Assembly: GCA_963664875.1 (NCBI GenBank)
Contig: OY761611.1
Coordinates: forward strand, 1,824,001 to 1,888,000
DNA from: Candidatus Kapaibacterium sp.
GTDB lineage: Bacteria > Bacteroidota > Ignavibacteria > Kapaibacteriales > UBA2268
Direction: 5' to 3'
Length of the DNA stretch: 64,000 nt
Shown: positions 41,003 through 51,511 of the stretch, in pieces
Numbering within the stretch: the stretch's first letter is position 1
How the letters are laid out: each line of letters opens with the position of its first letter
The notes under the pieces: model-generated
Databases searched by the model: none
Told to the model about the DNA's origin: nothing
The model's input: only the letters and a program-made list of their open reading frames with translations
Position numbers and translations under genes: made by a program

Positions 41003-43186
41003 ATGTCTAAGAAAAAAACAGAAAACGATTCGCAATTAGTGAACTCTTACGAAAGAGTAGTAGAATGGGAAATAATTCAAGACCAACCTATTGGCTCTAC
41101 ATGCCACCATGGCAGAGGTGACTCTTGTAATGTTGACAGAACTAAACTTGACAGATCTAAACCGCCACACGAAACTTTGAATCTTACTAAAGAAGATATG
41201 ATAGCAGCCCTCAAAAACATGATGATGGCTCGATACACTGACGAAAAACACCTAACATTAGTAAAACAAGGCAAATCTTTTTTCCATATTGGCGGTAGCG
41301 GTCACGAAACTGTACAAACTGCAGTAGCTTTAACTCTTCAGAAAAAGAAAGACTGGGGTTGGACTTATTATAGAGATATAGCATTCTCTTACGGTATGGG
41401 CTTTACTCCTAAAGATTACTTCTTACTCGCATTTGGAAAAGCAGATGATCCGGCAACCGGTGGCCGTCAGATGCCGGGACACTTCGGTCATCCGGAACTA
41501 AACCTGCCGACTCAATCTTCTTCCACAGGTACTCAATATTTGAATGCAGTTGGTACCGCACTTGCTTCACGCAAAAACGGAACTGATGAGATTACTTATG
41601 TTGCATCCGGCGAAGGTACTACTTCTCAGGGTGAATTTTATGAAGCAGTTAACTGGGCTACAAGACAGAAACTTCCTGTACTTTTCACCATTCAGGATAA
41701 CGGCTACGCTATTTCTGTACCAAGGGCTGACCAGTCTATGGGTTCAAGCGTCGTGCATTCTTTCTGTTGCTATCCTAATTTATTGATGAAAGAATTCGAC
41801 GGCACTGATTATTTCGAATCTCTCGCAGCTGCACGCGATGTCGCTGAATATATCAGAGCCGGCAAAGGCCCCGCACTTTTACATGCTGTTGTAGAGCGTT
41901 TGCTGCCTCACTCATCTTCTGATGATCAAAGAAAGTATAGAGATGCTGAAGAACTCGAACACGCGAAGGACAAAAAAGACGGTATTAAAAGATTATCAAA
42001 TTATCTTATTGAACATAATTTTGCCACAAAGGAAGAATTAGACAATCTTTGGGAATCAGTTAAAAATGATATAAATGAAGCAGCTGATCAAGCATGGAAT
42101 GCTCCTGATGTAAAAGCAGAAGATTCCACTAAGCACGTTTTTGCTGCTGACGAATCGCGTAACTTACCTTATGCTACTTCGGAGCCTACAGAAGGCGAAC
42201 CTATCGTACTTGTCGATGCAATAAACCATGCCCTCAAAGAAGAGATGGCAAGAAACGACAAAATGCTGATTTTTGGTGAAGATATTGGCGATCCAAAAGG
42301 TGGTGTGTTTACTGCAACTCGCGGCCTGACTGATATGTATGGAAAAGAAAGAGTATTTAACTCCCCATTGGCAGAGGCATCTATCATGGGTGTTGCTCTT
42401 GGTTTGGCAGTAAGAGGATACAAACCTGTAGTCGAAATTCAGTTTGCTGACTATATCTGGCCTGCATTTATGCAGTTTAGAAATGAAATTTCTACAATGA
42501 GATACCGCTCAAATGGCGGATTTAAAGCTCCTGTAGTTACTCGCGTAGCTACTGGTGGTTACATTCATGGTGGCTTGTGTCACTCTCAAAATATCGAAGG
42601 ATTTTTCTCGCATATACCGGGGATTATGATTGCATATCCTTCTAACGCTGCTGACGCTAAAGGCTTACTGAAAACTGCAATCAGAATGGACGACCCTGTA
42701 TTGTTCTTAGAGCATAAAGGTATGTACCGTCTCCCGTTTGCGAGAACTATCGAACCGGATGAAAACTATTTGATTCCGTTTGGTAAAGGTAAAATTATTA
42801 AAGAAGGCACAGATGCTACTGTCGTTACTTGGGGCATGGGAGTTAAAGATTCACTAAATGCTGCTAAGAAAATAGAAAAAGAAACCGGCAAATTAGTTGA
42901 AGTAATTGACTTAAGAACCATCATCCCTTGGGACAAAGAAATGGTACTCGAATCAGTCAAAAAAACCGGTAGAGTTCTTATTCAACACGAAGACACCCTA
43001 ACCGGTGGGTTCGGTGGAGAAATTGCTGCAGTGCTCGCTAAGGAAGCTTTTACTTACTTAGATGCACCTGTGATGAGAAACGCTGCTAAAGATACACATA
43101 TTCCATACGCACCTGTGTATGAAGATGATGTATTACCATCTGAATCTAAAATTTACGCTGATTTGATGGAATTATTGAACTTCTAA
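41003..43186 (+). CDS. 2-oxoacid dehydrogenase E1, fused alpha and beta subunits (probably branched-chain)
   Basis: TYYRD, GRQMPGH, GEG...DNGYAIS TPP motif, PHSSSDD, FGEDI, EIQFADY, HSQ. Confidence 0.92.
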   Translation: MSKKKTENDSQLVNSYERVVEWEIIQDQPIGSTCHHGRGDSCNVDRTKLDRSKPPHETLNLTKEDMIAALKNMMMARYTDEKHLTLVKQGKSFFHIGGSGHETVQTAVALTLQKKKDWGWTYYRDIAFSYGMGFTPKDYFLLAFGKADDPATGGRQMPGHFGHPELNLPTQSSSTGTQYLNAVGTALASRKNGTDEITYVASGEGTTSQGEFYEAVNWATRQKLPVLFTIQDNGYAISVPRADQSMGSSVVHSFCCYPNLLMKEFDGTDYFESLAAARDVAEYIRAGKGPALLHAVVERLLPHSSSDDQRKYRDAEELEHAKDKKDGIKRLSNYLIEHNFATKEELDNLWESVKNDINEAADQAWNAPDVKAEDSTKHVFAADESRNLPYATSEPTEGEPIVLVDAINHALKEEMARNDKMLIFGEDIGDPKGGVFTATRGLTDMYGKERVFNSPLAEASIMGVALGLAVRGYKPVVEIQFADYIWPAFMQFRNEISTMRYRSNGGFKAPVVTRVATGGYIHGGLCHSQNIEGFFSHIPGIMIAYPSNAADAKGLLKTAIRMDDPVLFLEHKGMYRLPFARTIEPDENYLIPFGKGKIIKEGTDATVVTWGMGVKDSLNAAKKIEKETGKLVEVIDLRTIIPWDKEMVLESVKKTGRVLIQHEDTLTGGFGGEIAAVLAKEAFTYLDAPVMRNAAKDTHIPYAPVYEDDVLPSESKIYADLMELLNF

Positions 43187-43207
43187 TTACTGCTTTGAAT
43201 TATATAC

Positions 43208-43249
43208 AAAAACGGGTAATGATTTTGCTTAATCGTTACCCGTTTTTTT
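43208..43249. terminator. Bidirectional terminator
   Basis: AAAAACGGGTAATGATT...AATCGTTACCCGTTTTTTT. Confidence 0.8.
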
Positions 43250-43293
43250 GATTATTTATTTTACCCAAAGGATAAAAATCCAAATCACAGTGC

Positions 43294-44541
43294 CTAATTA
43301 ACAGACGCAGAAAGCTTAATCTTTGTAGCCACATCTTCAAACTTAGTTGTTTCTTTACCAACTAACTTGACATCAGCTTTGCGACCTTGGAAGTCACCTT
43401 CGTAACCGCCTTTGTATTTTTCAACTACTTTTTGAGTTTTATCATAGCTTACGATTTTTTCCTGATTGTAAGAGTAAGCTCTTGCTCCTGCGCAGTAGTG
43501 CTCAGCTACTTTTGCATTTGCTGTGAAAAGGAATTTTTGTTTGCCACTAACAAAATCTACTTCGCGGAAATCAAAATTCTGAGCGTCGTGGAATCTGTCA
43601 AACTCTTTAGTTTCGGCATTGTATCTGTGCTCTTCGATTTTATTTAGTTTCCCGTTGGCATCGTAGCTATATGTAAACTTCATATTTTTTGGAGTCAAAG
43701 TTTCCATCTTGTCGTCATTGTAGCCAATAATACTCACTACTCTACCTTTATCATCTTTTTCAATTTTGTACCATTCTTCTTTAGCGTGGTGTTCGCATTC
43801 TGCTTCGCCGGCTACCATGTGAGTAGGGATGCCTTGTTCGTCGAAATCAGTGTGAGCAACCCATTGCAAATCACCGACTTTAAACTCTTTCTCAGGTTTT
43901 TCGCCGGATTCTTTGATTTTTTCCTGATCTTCTTTTGTGAAATATGCTTTTATTTCATCTACGAAAAATGCAGCATCCTGAGGCCCTTCATGTCTGTATT
44001 CTGGTGCAGGGAAGTATCTGTATTTACTAACCATTTCAACATTTCTTCCCTCAACATTCTTGAACTCAGGGTCTTTGCTGAATTTAGTATATTCTTCAGA
44101 AATAAGATATCCTTTTTCAAAATGATAAACCAATGTATGTGATAGGTTTTCAGAGGCTTGCTCGCCATCGTAAACTGTTTTTTCTAATAAGAAATAGCTA
44201 TGAGGGCAGTATTTTGTAACTACTGTTTCTGTTATAGTTTCGAGTTCTTCTGTTATTTCTTTGATAGGCAGGCGATCTTCACCTAATTCTCTTTTGACAA
44301 CTTTATTGATAGTGCCGTCTTCTGCTTTATATTCTGCTTTAATCCAGAAGAAATCTTCCGGTTTTTCGTAAGTGTATTCAATGATTTCTTTCTCAGTGCC
44401 GTCTTCATTGATAGTTTCAACGATTTTTGTAATAGGTCTGATTTGAGTAATTGTCTCTTCTTCGACCTTAGTTTCCATATTGCCACAAGCAGAAATAAAT
44501 AGCATAGCTGCTAAAAATGCAAGTGATAAATACTTTTGCAT
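43294..44541 (-). CDS. Hypothetical lipoprotein
   Basis: Lipobox ISAC; Y(T/S)Y/D..G beta-hairpin repeats; RBS AAGGGG. Confidence 0.75.
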   Translation of the reverse strand: MQKYLSLAFLAAMLFISACGNMETKVEEETITQIRPITKIVETINEDGTEKEIIEYTYEKPEDFFWIKAEYKAEDGTINKVVKRELGEDRLPIKEITEELETITETVVTKYCPHSYFLLEKTVYDGEQASENLSHTLVYHFEKGYLISEEYTKFSKDPEFKNVEGRNVEMVSKYRYFPAPEYRHEGPQDAAFFVDEIKAYFTKEDQEKIKESGEKPEKEFKVGDLQWVAHTDFDEQGIPTHMVAGEAECEHHAKEEWYKIEKDDKGRVVSIIGYNDDKMETLTPKNMKFTYSYDANGKLNKIEEHRYNAETKEFDRFHDAQNFDFREVDFVSGKQKFLFTANAKVAEHYCAGARAYSYNQEKIVSYDKTQKVVEKYKGGYEGDFQGRKADVKLVGKETTKFEDVATKIKLSASVN

Positions 44542-44617
44542 AAATAACCCCTTTGTAAAAAGTATGATTTGAATAATAACTAAATTTACACATTAGACTT
44601 GTAAGAAACAAAGAATT

Positions 44618-45973
44618 ATGATAAAAAATAGAATCTTTTGCCTAAATAGTATTCCTGTTCGAAAGGGTACTGTGATTTATCTTATGAGCAGAGACCAAAG
44701 AGTTGCTTATAATCATGCCCTACTGTATGCTATCGAAATCGCAAATTCGACTAAATCTGATTTGATTGTCTGCTTCAATTTGATGAGCAATTTTCTGAAT
44801 GCACCCCTTAGACATTTTGACTTTATGCTGCAGGGATTAAAGGAGACTGCAAAGGAGCTGGAGCTACTTAATATTCCTTTTACGATACTCTTTGGCGATG
44901 CAGGATCTAATATTCCATCCCTAATAGAACAAGCTCAGGCAGGGCTTCTTATTACAGATTTTGATCCGCTTAAAATCAAAGTTGAAAGAAATAATAAGAT
45001 TTTGGCAAAGATAAATATTGCTTTCCATGAGGTGGATACCCATAATATTATTCCTGCAAGATTCATTTCTCAGAAGGAAGAATTTGCGGCTTACACTTTG
45101 CGTCCTAAAATAAACAAGCTCAAAGCTGACTATCTCGAAAAAATGCCGGTTGTTGAAAGGTTTGACTTCGCTCGTAGTTCTGATTTAAATAACATTCAAC
45201 AATTCGATAAGATTGATTATTCCAAATTTGATAATTCAGTTTCCACTTTAACAACTATTAAGCCCGGGAGAAATGCAGCACTCGCAACCCTCGACGAATT
45301 TGTAAAATACAAACTAAAACACTATCACACATTAAGGAATCACCCTGAAACTGACTATCAGTCAGACCTGTCCCCGTATTTACACTTTGGAAATATATCT
45401 TCCCTTGAAACAGTACTTCGAGTCATGGAGGCAGATGCACCACAAGAAGCTAAGGATTCTTTTATAGAAGAAATCTTTGTTCGTAAAGAGCTTGCTGATA
45501 ACTTTTGTCTTTACAATAGCAATTACGACAACAGCCTCGGTTTCAAGGACTGGGCAAAACAGACACTTGCACAGCACCAACAGGATAGACGTGATTATCT
45601 CTATACTCTAAGTCAACTCGAACATGCAACTACGCATGATGTGTTTTGGAATGCAGCACAGATGGAAATGGTAACTAATGGAAAAATGCACGGCTATATG
45701 AGAATGTATTGGGCAAAAAAAATATTAGAATGGACTGAGTCTCCGGAGCAAGCTATGAGCTTTGCTATCTATCTCAATGACAGATATAGTATTGACGGCA
45801 GAGACCCTAACGGATACACAGGCATTGCTTGGAGCATTGGCGGCATACATGACAGAGCCTGGCAGGAACGCCCCATCTTTGGGAAAATACGTTATATGAA
45901 CGATAAAGGACTTACACGGAAATTTGATATGGAAGCATATCTCAGAAAAGTAAAACTAATAAAACTTATATGA
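44618..45973 (+). CDS. phr: Class II CPD DNA photolyase
   Basis: MSRDQR..NHAL, EVDTHN, SDLSPYLHFG, RKELADNFC, GKMHGYMRMYWAKKILEW, DGRDPNGY. Confidence 0.93.
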   Translation: MIKNRIFCLNSIPVRKGTVIYLMSRDQRVAYNHALLYAIEIANSTKSDLIVCFNLMSNFLNAPLRHFDFMLQGLKETAKELELLNIPFTILFGDAGSNIPSLIEQAQAGLLITDFDPLKIKVERNNKILAKINIAFHEVDTHNIIPARFISQKEEFAAYTLRPKINKLKADYLEKMPVVERFDFARSSDLNNIQQFDKIDYSKFDNSVSTLTTIKPGRNAALATLDEFVKYKLKHYHTLRNHPETDYQSDLSPYLHFGNISSLETVLRVMEADAPQEAKDSFIEEIFVRKELADNFCLYNSNYDNSLGFKDWAKQTLAQHQQDRRDYLYTLSQLEHATTHDVFWNAAQMEMVTNGKMHGYMRMYWAKKILEWTESPEQAMSFAIYLNDRYSIDGRDPNGYTGIAWSIGGIHDRAWQERPIFGKIRYMNDKGLTRKFDMEAYLRKVKLIKLI

Positions 45974-46612
45974 CCAATTGATCCCAAAAATGCTGACAGT
46001 TTTATCTCTATGCAGCATATCTTCGAACATATAGCTTAGTTCTATATCGGAAAATCGGGTGATTTCTACCTGAGCACCTATTGCATAGCGTGCTTTATAG
46101 ATTCTTCCTTTATCTTCTCCGAGAGAGCTGTAAAATAAATCAACTGACACGAAAGGTTCCAACTTTTTGTCGTATTTGTATGCAATTTCAAACTTATTTC
46201 TATACTGCTCGGGCGAATCCGTGAGTTCGGAGTATTTCCTGTGATAGCGCAATCTATACGAAAAGTCAAAATCGCCTAATTCAAAACCAGTCGAGATGTT
46301 CCCATACAGCTCATGTCGGGCGTAAGAGCTGAATGATCTATATCTATAAGCACTGCTAATCTTTAAAAAGTCAAACAAATCATAGGACAAAGAAAAATCT
46401 GTTACACTTTGCCCAAAAGAATTGATATTATTATCAAATCGAAATTCCTGTGCTACTGCAAATTCAAAATCATTGGATATAACATAAGACAACTCCACGC
46501 CTGACCATAGCTCAGAATCAGTATTTGCTTTTTCGATGGGTTGCGAAAACGCAGGCACAGCCATCATTAGCAACAAAAAACTAATTATACCTGTTAACTT
46601 TTTCATCTTCAA
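45956..46612 (-). CDS. DUF2490-like outer-membrane beta-barrel protein
   Basis: Signal peptide, alternating beta strands, RNK.EI.Y...PF.S.D/ELFY, aromatic C-terminus; in VTC/DUF4956 operon. Confidence 0.7.
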   Translation of the reverse strand: MKMKKLTGIISFLLLMMAVPAFSQPIEKANTDSELWSGVELSYVISNDFEFAVAQEFRFDNNINSFGQSVTDFSLSYDLFDFLKISSAYRYRSFSSYARHELYGNISTGFELGDFDFSYRLRYHRKYSELTDSPEQYRNKFEIAYKYDKKLEPFVSVDLFYSSLGEDKGRIYKARYAIGAQVEITRFSDIELSYMFEDMLHRDKTVSIFGINWSYKFY

Positions 46613-47210
46613 AATAGAATATCTTGATTTGTGCTACATCTCTAAGAAAATCAATTTTACCAACTTCTGCACGGTGTATCTTCAACCCTGTTCTTTCTCT
46701 GAGATCTTCGATAAGTTGGTCATAATTCTCAGGTTTTATCAGATCGATTTTCTCATACAGCACTTCTCTTTTATACTCGTTTTTGACCCATGTTTTTTCC
46801 AATACAAAGGCAAACGAAATCAAAGCTATATTTGGAAAAAGCAGCTCCGCAAAGCTAATGCTTCCTGCAGTGAGCGAATTGATAATAGCCACACTTAAAG
46901 AAATAAACATATAGGTCATTTCTTTGATAGGCACGGTAGTTGTTCGATATCTCAAAATAGAGAATATAGCAAAAACACCAAAAGCAAAACCAATGGATAT
47001 TTTGGCACTGCTTAGCAAATAGCAGACAAAAAATACGACAAGATTGAAGATAAACAAAGTAAACAGATAATCTCTGTTTTGACGCAGCTTATAGTATATC
47101 AGCCTTGCTATTATATAAATCACTATTAAATTGAAAAAGAAACGAAATGCTAAACTGCCAAAGCCGGCAGCGTTAAATATATCCATCCCAATTAAGTCGC
47201 TAAAATTCAT
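46581..47210 (-). CDS. DUF4956 membrane protein
   Basis: GFAFGVFAIFSILRYRT...IKEMTY, YEKIDLIKPE, DLRERTG, IDFLRD. Confidence 0.88.
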   Translation of the reverse strand: MNFSDLIGMDIFNAAGFGSLAFRFFFNLIVIYIIARLIYYKLRQNRDYLFTLFIFNLVVFFVCYLLSSAKISIGFAFGVFAIFSILRYRTTTVPIKEMTYMFISLSVAIINSLTAGSISFAELLFPNIALISFAFVLEKTWVKNEYKREVLYEKIDLIKPENYDQLIEDLRERTGLKIHRAEVGKIDFLRDVAQIKIFYFEDEKVNRYN

Positions 47211-47985
47211 AGTTTGAATCGCAAAGTTGGTTAATATAAAGTATCTTTTCTTTAAAACGATTGTATTTCACACCCGGAGTAGTCAAAACTATTCCCAGAC
47301 AGTATTTACTGATTTTTACAGGGCGAATGCCTTGCTGTTTCAAAATATTCGTAAATACTGTATGTGGTTTTAGTCTATCTAACTTTATTTCTATAATTGC
47401 CAAATCTTCCAGATGCTTTGTATTATTATAATTGTCAAAATTTAGATTATAGTCCAGAGTAATTTTTTCTTTTGATTCTAAATTCATCAAAGTTATTCTA
47501 TTGTAAGATATATCCAAAGTTGGGAACAGATTGTCTGCACTAATACCCAGTGAGTTTAGTATTATCTGATCTGCTCCTCCATTTATGCTTGTTTCAAAAC
47601 CCTTTTTGTTCATCCTTGTTTTTTCAGTCTTACTTTTGTTGGTCTTGAATTTCATCTCAAAAAAGTATCTGTCTATATCTACATAATGTCTGTATCTTAC
47701 TTTGTATCTATTGAGTTTGCCACTATGATGGATATTATACAGCATCAAATCTTTCGTATCAAAATATTGATTTTGGTACTCAAAATCACGTTTACCATCT
47801 ATATCTAAAACCTTATAATCAGATACAACAGAGGTAAGGACATCAATCAGTTGAGACTTTTTGACAATATATTTCGAATCATACCTATTGAGAAGCTTCA
47901 GGTTTTCCAAATCACCCAAAGAAGCAGGCTCAAAATCGGAATACAGTTTATCGTGTAACTTATTATTTAGTATATCTTTTTCCAT
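47200..47985 (-). CDS. VTC-domain (polyphosphate polymerase-like, CYTH fold) protein
   Basis: LLNRYDSKY, YFDT, R.KVRYRHY, EMKFK, RITL...ITLD, IIEIK, SKYC. Confidence 0.88.
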   Translation of the reverse strand: MEKDILNNKLHDKLYSDFEPASLGDLENLKLLNRYDSKYIVKKSQLIDVLTSVVSDYKVLDIDGKRDFEYQNQYFDTKDLMLYNIHHSGKLNRYKVRYRHYVDIDRYFFEMKFKTNKSKTEKTRMNKKGFETSINGGADQIILNSLGISADNLFPTLDISYNRITLMNLESKEKITLDYNLNFDNYNNTKHLEDLAIIEIKLDRLKPHTVFTNILKQQGIRPVKISKYCLGIVLTTPGVKYNRFKEKILYINQLCDSNYEF

Positions 47986-48201
47986 AAATCTCTTAAAACA
48001 GCTCAAAAATCATGTTGGTGTTTATTGTAATCTATCATCCTGAAAATTTTTCCGTCATTTATTCTCACATCAATATAAACACCCCAGAGGCTAAAAGGTT
48101 TAGCTGAATTGCTAAAATAATTTTACAATTTACAAAATTTGAACATATAAATCTATAATATGCCAATAATTCGTAAAATTACTTGCTTTGTGTATTTGTG
48201 G

Positions 48202-48579
48202 TTAAATAATTTTGGAGCTTTGAAATCCGAGGTAGGCTAAAAGGATTCCACCAAAAAGAGAGAGGGACATATTCATAATTGCCTGTAATATTTGCCCGTC
48301 TATAAGCAGTTTGAGATTATCCAGACTAAATGAGGAAAACGTAGTAAACCCTCCTAATACTCCTACTATGAGAAACAAAGTAAATTTCTCATCAATATTA
48401 GGATTGTTGCTAAAGATACCCCAGAGCAAACCAATCAGATAAGAACCTGACAAATTTGCAAGCAGCACTCCAAAAGGGAATCTGTCGTTAGATAGCAGTC
48501 CGGATACAGCCAAGCCAAGCAAATACCTTGCTATTGCACCAAAAAAGCCACCTAAACCTACTAATAATATATTCATCAT
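48202..48579 (-). CDS. crcB: Fluoride channel Fluc/CrcB
   Basis: GGFFGAIARY, FPFG..LANL.GS..IG, GVLGGFTTFSSF. Confidence 0.95.
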   Translation of the reverse strand: MMNILLVGLGGFFGAIARYLLGLAVSGLLSNDRFPFGVLLANLSGSYLIGLLWGIFSNNPNIDEKFTLFLIVGVLGGFTTFSSFSLDNLKLLIDGQILQAIMNMSLSLFGGILLAYLGFQSSKII

Positions 48580-48664
48580 TGACAATATTGAACTTTGTTT
48601 TACGATATAAATATTTTATCTTGTATAGACGCAAATATAAGGAAATTTACCAAAAGGAGACATC

Positions 48665-49228
48665 ATGCTGAAAAGATACCTGATTTTAGCTTTACTATGT
48701 TTTGTTTCATTGCCCGCATTTGCTCAAAAGGGCGAAACATATAACGAGGACGTACCAAGCCTTTACGGAATCCATGCAGAACTGGGCTACGGTGCACCCG
48801 GCTTAGGTGCAGGACTCGGCTTTAGATACGAGTTTTTTAGCTTTACAGTAGGGCTTTCTGGATTTGCCAATTCTATTCCTAATTATCTTTCTTACAAAGA
48901 AGGAGAAAACTTGCAGCTCAATCAACCTTTGCCCGGAGGCTATGTCCAAGAAGAATATGAAGCTATCGTAGTTTCATTTGATGCTGCATATAATCATGAA
49001 TTTGATTGGGGTAATGTTTATGCCGGAGTTGGTTTTTATTCGCAGCAGGATACCGTTCTGGCAAAAGAAGTCAAAACAGGAGATTACTACACTCGAGGCG
49101 TTATCAACTCCAGCGGTATTTGCTTCAACTTTGGAGCAGATTATTACTGGTCTGAAAATATAGGTATTGGTTTAGCTATTCACACCAAAAAAGGTATCTT
49201 GGCGAGATTTTCTTACTATTGGTGGTAA
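48665..49228 (+). CDS. Small outer-membrane beta-barrel protein
   Basis: Signal peptide (AFA-Q), amphipathic strands, aromatic C-terminus; RBS AGGAG. Confidence 0.7.
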   Translation: MLKRYLILALLCFVSLPAFAQKGETYNEDVPSLYGIHAELGYGAPGLGAGLGFRYEFFSFTVGLSGFANSIPNYLSYKEGENLQLNQPLPGGYVQEEYEAIVVSFDAAYNHEFDWGNVYAGVGFYSQQDTVLAKEVKTGDYYTRGVINSSGICFNFGADYYWSENIGIGLAIHTKKGILARFSYYWW

Positions 49229-49265
49229 GCTTCTTACCTTACTAATGATTAGTGGAATATGTACC

Positions 49266-49303
49266 AAAAAGAGGCACCCTTTGCTGTAGTGTCTCTTTTT
49301 TTT
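49266..49303 (+). terminator. Intrinsic terminator
   Basis: AAAAAGAGGCAC...GTGTCTCTTTTTTTT. Confidence 0.7.
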
Positions 49304-50053
49304 ATATATATCAACATCATAAAAATAAGTTATCCACAATTCGACACCTATAAGTTCTTTGAATGTTTACCTGATTCCATTTTTCCTGTTTATCTAAGTT
49401 TTGCTTTTATAAGCCATTCTGACAACAAAATATCCATTATTTTTATATTTTTTGATGTTACTTTTAGAATTTTACAATATATTTTGTCTTCAAACGATTG
49501 TTAATTTTTTTAACTTTTTAGCACATTCTAAGGCAGACCTAAAATGAATGAGAATTCAAGCCGAAATATTATTTTGAAAGAACTGAATAACAGCTCTATT
49601 TTCTTGTATATCAGTCATTTATAGGTATATTTACTTTCTGATACTCAAAATTCTTTGCCCTCAGAATATATTTTATTTGTAAATTGAGTATTAAGAAAAA
49701 GCCGCATTCTTAAGCGATTTTCGCAAGGCGTTGAAATAAAGAAGGATAAGTAAATGTGGAAAAATGCAAGAAAAAAAAGTTTCTTTTAGAATATTTTTTT
49801 CTTGTCAAAGTCAAAAAAAAATCCCATTTTGGAAACCATGATAATGAGATTGCCAAGAAGGCTTTGCTATTATCTGTTGGCTATATTTGATACAAAAGCA
49901 TAACAACGTTTTACAAAAAAATCTAAACAAAAGCTTTCCCCCATAAAAAAGTTTTTGTATGGATTTTTAACCCCCAATATTTAAAACGGTTTGCTTTTAT
50001 ATCAAACTAAAAAAAATTGTGTGTGTCTGTAAACCAAATTAAAAGAAGTAAAA
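49304..50053. other. Probable replication origin (oriC) / dnaA promoter region
   Basis: Long AT-rich non-coding region upstream of dnaA; perfect DnaA box TTATCCACA at 49330-49338; TGTGGAAAA at 49755-49763. Confidence 0.55.
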
Positions 50054-51511
50054 GTGAAATCTATTGATACTTTATCACTGTTCCCAAAAGCAGAGGTCAG
50101 GAATACTCGCATTAAACCCAAAAGCCAGATTGTACCTGACAAAGAGGCTGTTTTATATTGGGAAAAATGTTTAAACATTATCCAAGATAATGTTTCACCT
50201 CATATTTTTGACACTTGGTTTAAACCTATACAAGCCCTCAAATGGGAAAACAATACATTGACGGTGCTTGCACCAAGTACTTTCTTCTACGAATGGATAG
50301 AAACCAAGTTTAATAATCTTTTGAGAGTTACTATTGACAAAGTTATCGGTCATAATGCTAAACTTAATTATGACATCGTAGTTGATAACAGCTCTCAGGC
50401 TCCTGATAAATTGACTTTAAAAATTCCTGCATTTCAGCATGGCAAAGAGTCTGCGGATTTGATTAAACCTGTAAAAGAGTCTTTCGAATCTAATCTGCAC
50501 CACCGCTATTCGCTTGATAATTATATTACCGGTGATGCTAACCAATTGGCAGCTTCTGCAGCAATGGCTGTAAGCCAAAATCCTGGAGGCACCCGTTTCA
50601 ATCCTTTGGTTGTCTATGGCGATACAGGATTAGGCAAAACTCACCTCGTGCAGGGTATTGGCAATAAAATAATTCAAAGTCGCCCTGATGCTAAGGTACT
50701 TTATACTAATTCAGAAAAATTTACAATGGACTTTATCAGTGCTATCCAAAACAATAGCACAACTGACTTCATAAATCACTACAGAAGCGTTGATGTCCTA
50801 ATTGTAGATGATATTCAGTTCTTTGCCGGCAAAGAGAAAACTCAGGATAATTTCTTCCATACTTTCAATGCTTTGCACCAGGCAGGCAAACAGCTTATTC
50901 TGACTTCAGACGTAGCTCCTAAAGAGCTTAAAGATGTTGACGATAGACTTATTTCAAGATTCCAATGGGGATTGACTGTGGATATTCAGTCGCCTGACCT
51001 TGAAATGAGAATGGCGATTCTTCAGAAAAAATCCTTAGACGAAGGTCTGGAGCTTCCTGTTGAAATCTTAGAATTTATAGCAAGAAACATTACCAGTAGC
51101 ATTCGCGAACTCGAAGGCGTTCTAATCAGCCTAATTGCGAAAGTTACTTTGGACAAACGCCAGCTTAATATGGATGTTGCTAAAGAAGTAGTGTACGGTG
51201 TTGCTAACGTAAGACCAAAAACTCTAACTATAGACGACATCAAAGACGTTGTCTCAGCTTATTATAAATTGCCTGTCGAGATTTTAGAATCAAAATCAAG
51301 AAAGCATGAAATAGCTTTGGCTCGCCAAATGTCTATGTATCTGACCAAGCAGCTTACTCAGATGTCGCTCAAATCAATTGGCCAGAGCTTTGGCGGTAGA
51401 GATCACTCTACAGTGCTTCACTCTTGCCAAACCATTGAAAACTATCTCGTTACAGACAAAACTGTCAAAAACTCTTACGAGATGCTTTTCAGACAGCTAA
51501 AAGGTGAGTAA
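50054..51511 (+). CDS. dnaA: Chromosomal replication initiator DnaA
   Basis: FNPL.VYGDTGLGKTHL, LIVDDIQF, FFHTFN, RL.SRF.WGL, FGGRDHSTVLH. Confidence 0.98.
   Translation: MKSIDTLSLFPKAEVRNTRIKPKSQIVPDKEAVLYWEKCLNIIQDNVSPHIFDTWFKPIQALKWENNTLTVLAPSTFFYEWIETKFNNLLRVTIDKVIGHNAKLNYDIVVDNSSQAPDKLTLKIPAFQHGKESADLIKPVKESFESNLHHRYSLDNYITGDANQLAASAAMAVSQNPGGTRFNPLVVYGDTGLGKTHLVQGIGNKIIQSRPDAKVLYTNSEKFTMDFISAIQNNSTTDFINHYRSVDVLIVDDIQFFAGKEKTQDNFFHTFNALHQAGKQLILTSDVAPKELKDVDDRLISRFQWGLTVDIQSPDLEMRMAILQKKSLDEGLELPVEILEFIARNITSSIRELEGVLISLIAKVTLDKRQLNMDVAKEVVYGVANVRPKTLTIDDIKDVVSAYYKLPVEILESKSRKHEIALARQMSMYLTKQLTQMSLKSIGQSFGGRDHSTVLHSCQTIENYLVTDKTVKNSYEMLFRQLKGE

Noticed and set aside
41003-43186. E1 alpha-beta fusion as a novelty
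   Set aside because: Fused E1 subunits are well known in Bacteroidota and Chlamydiae.
44618-45973. Class II photolyase as a eukaryote-derived gene
   Set aside because: Class II photolyases are established in various bacteria and archaea; nothing here indicates recent transfer.
48580-48664. Fluoride riboswitch upstream of crcB
   Set aside because: The short AT-rich divergent intergenic region lacks the GGCGATGG...CTGATG core.
49259-49504. 81-aa ORF upstream of dnaA
   Set aside because: It overlaps a terminator and a DnaA box in very AT-rich DNA, and its composition is typical of spurious ORFs.
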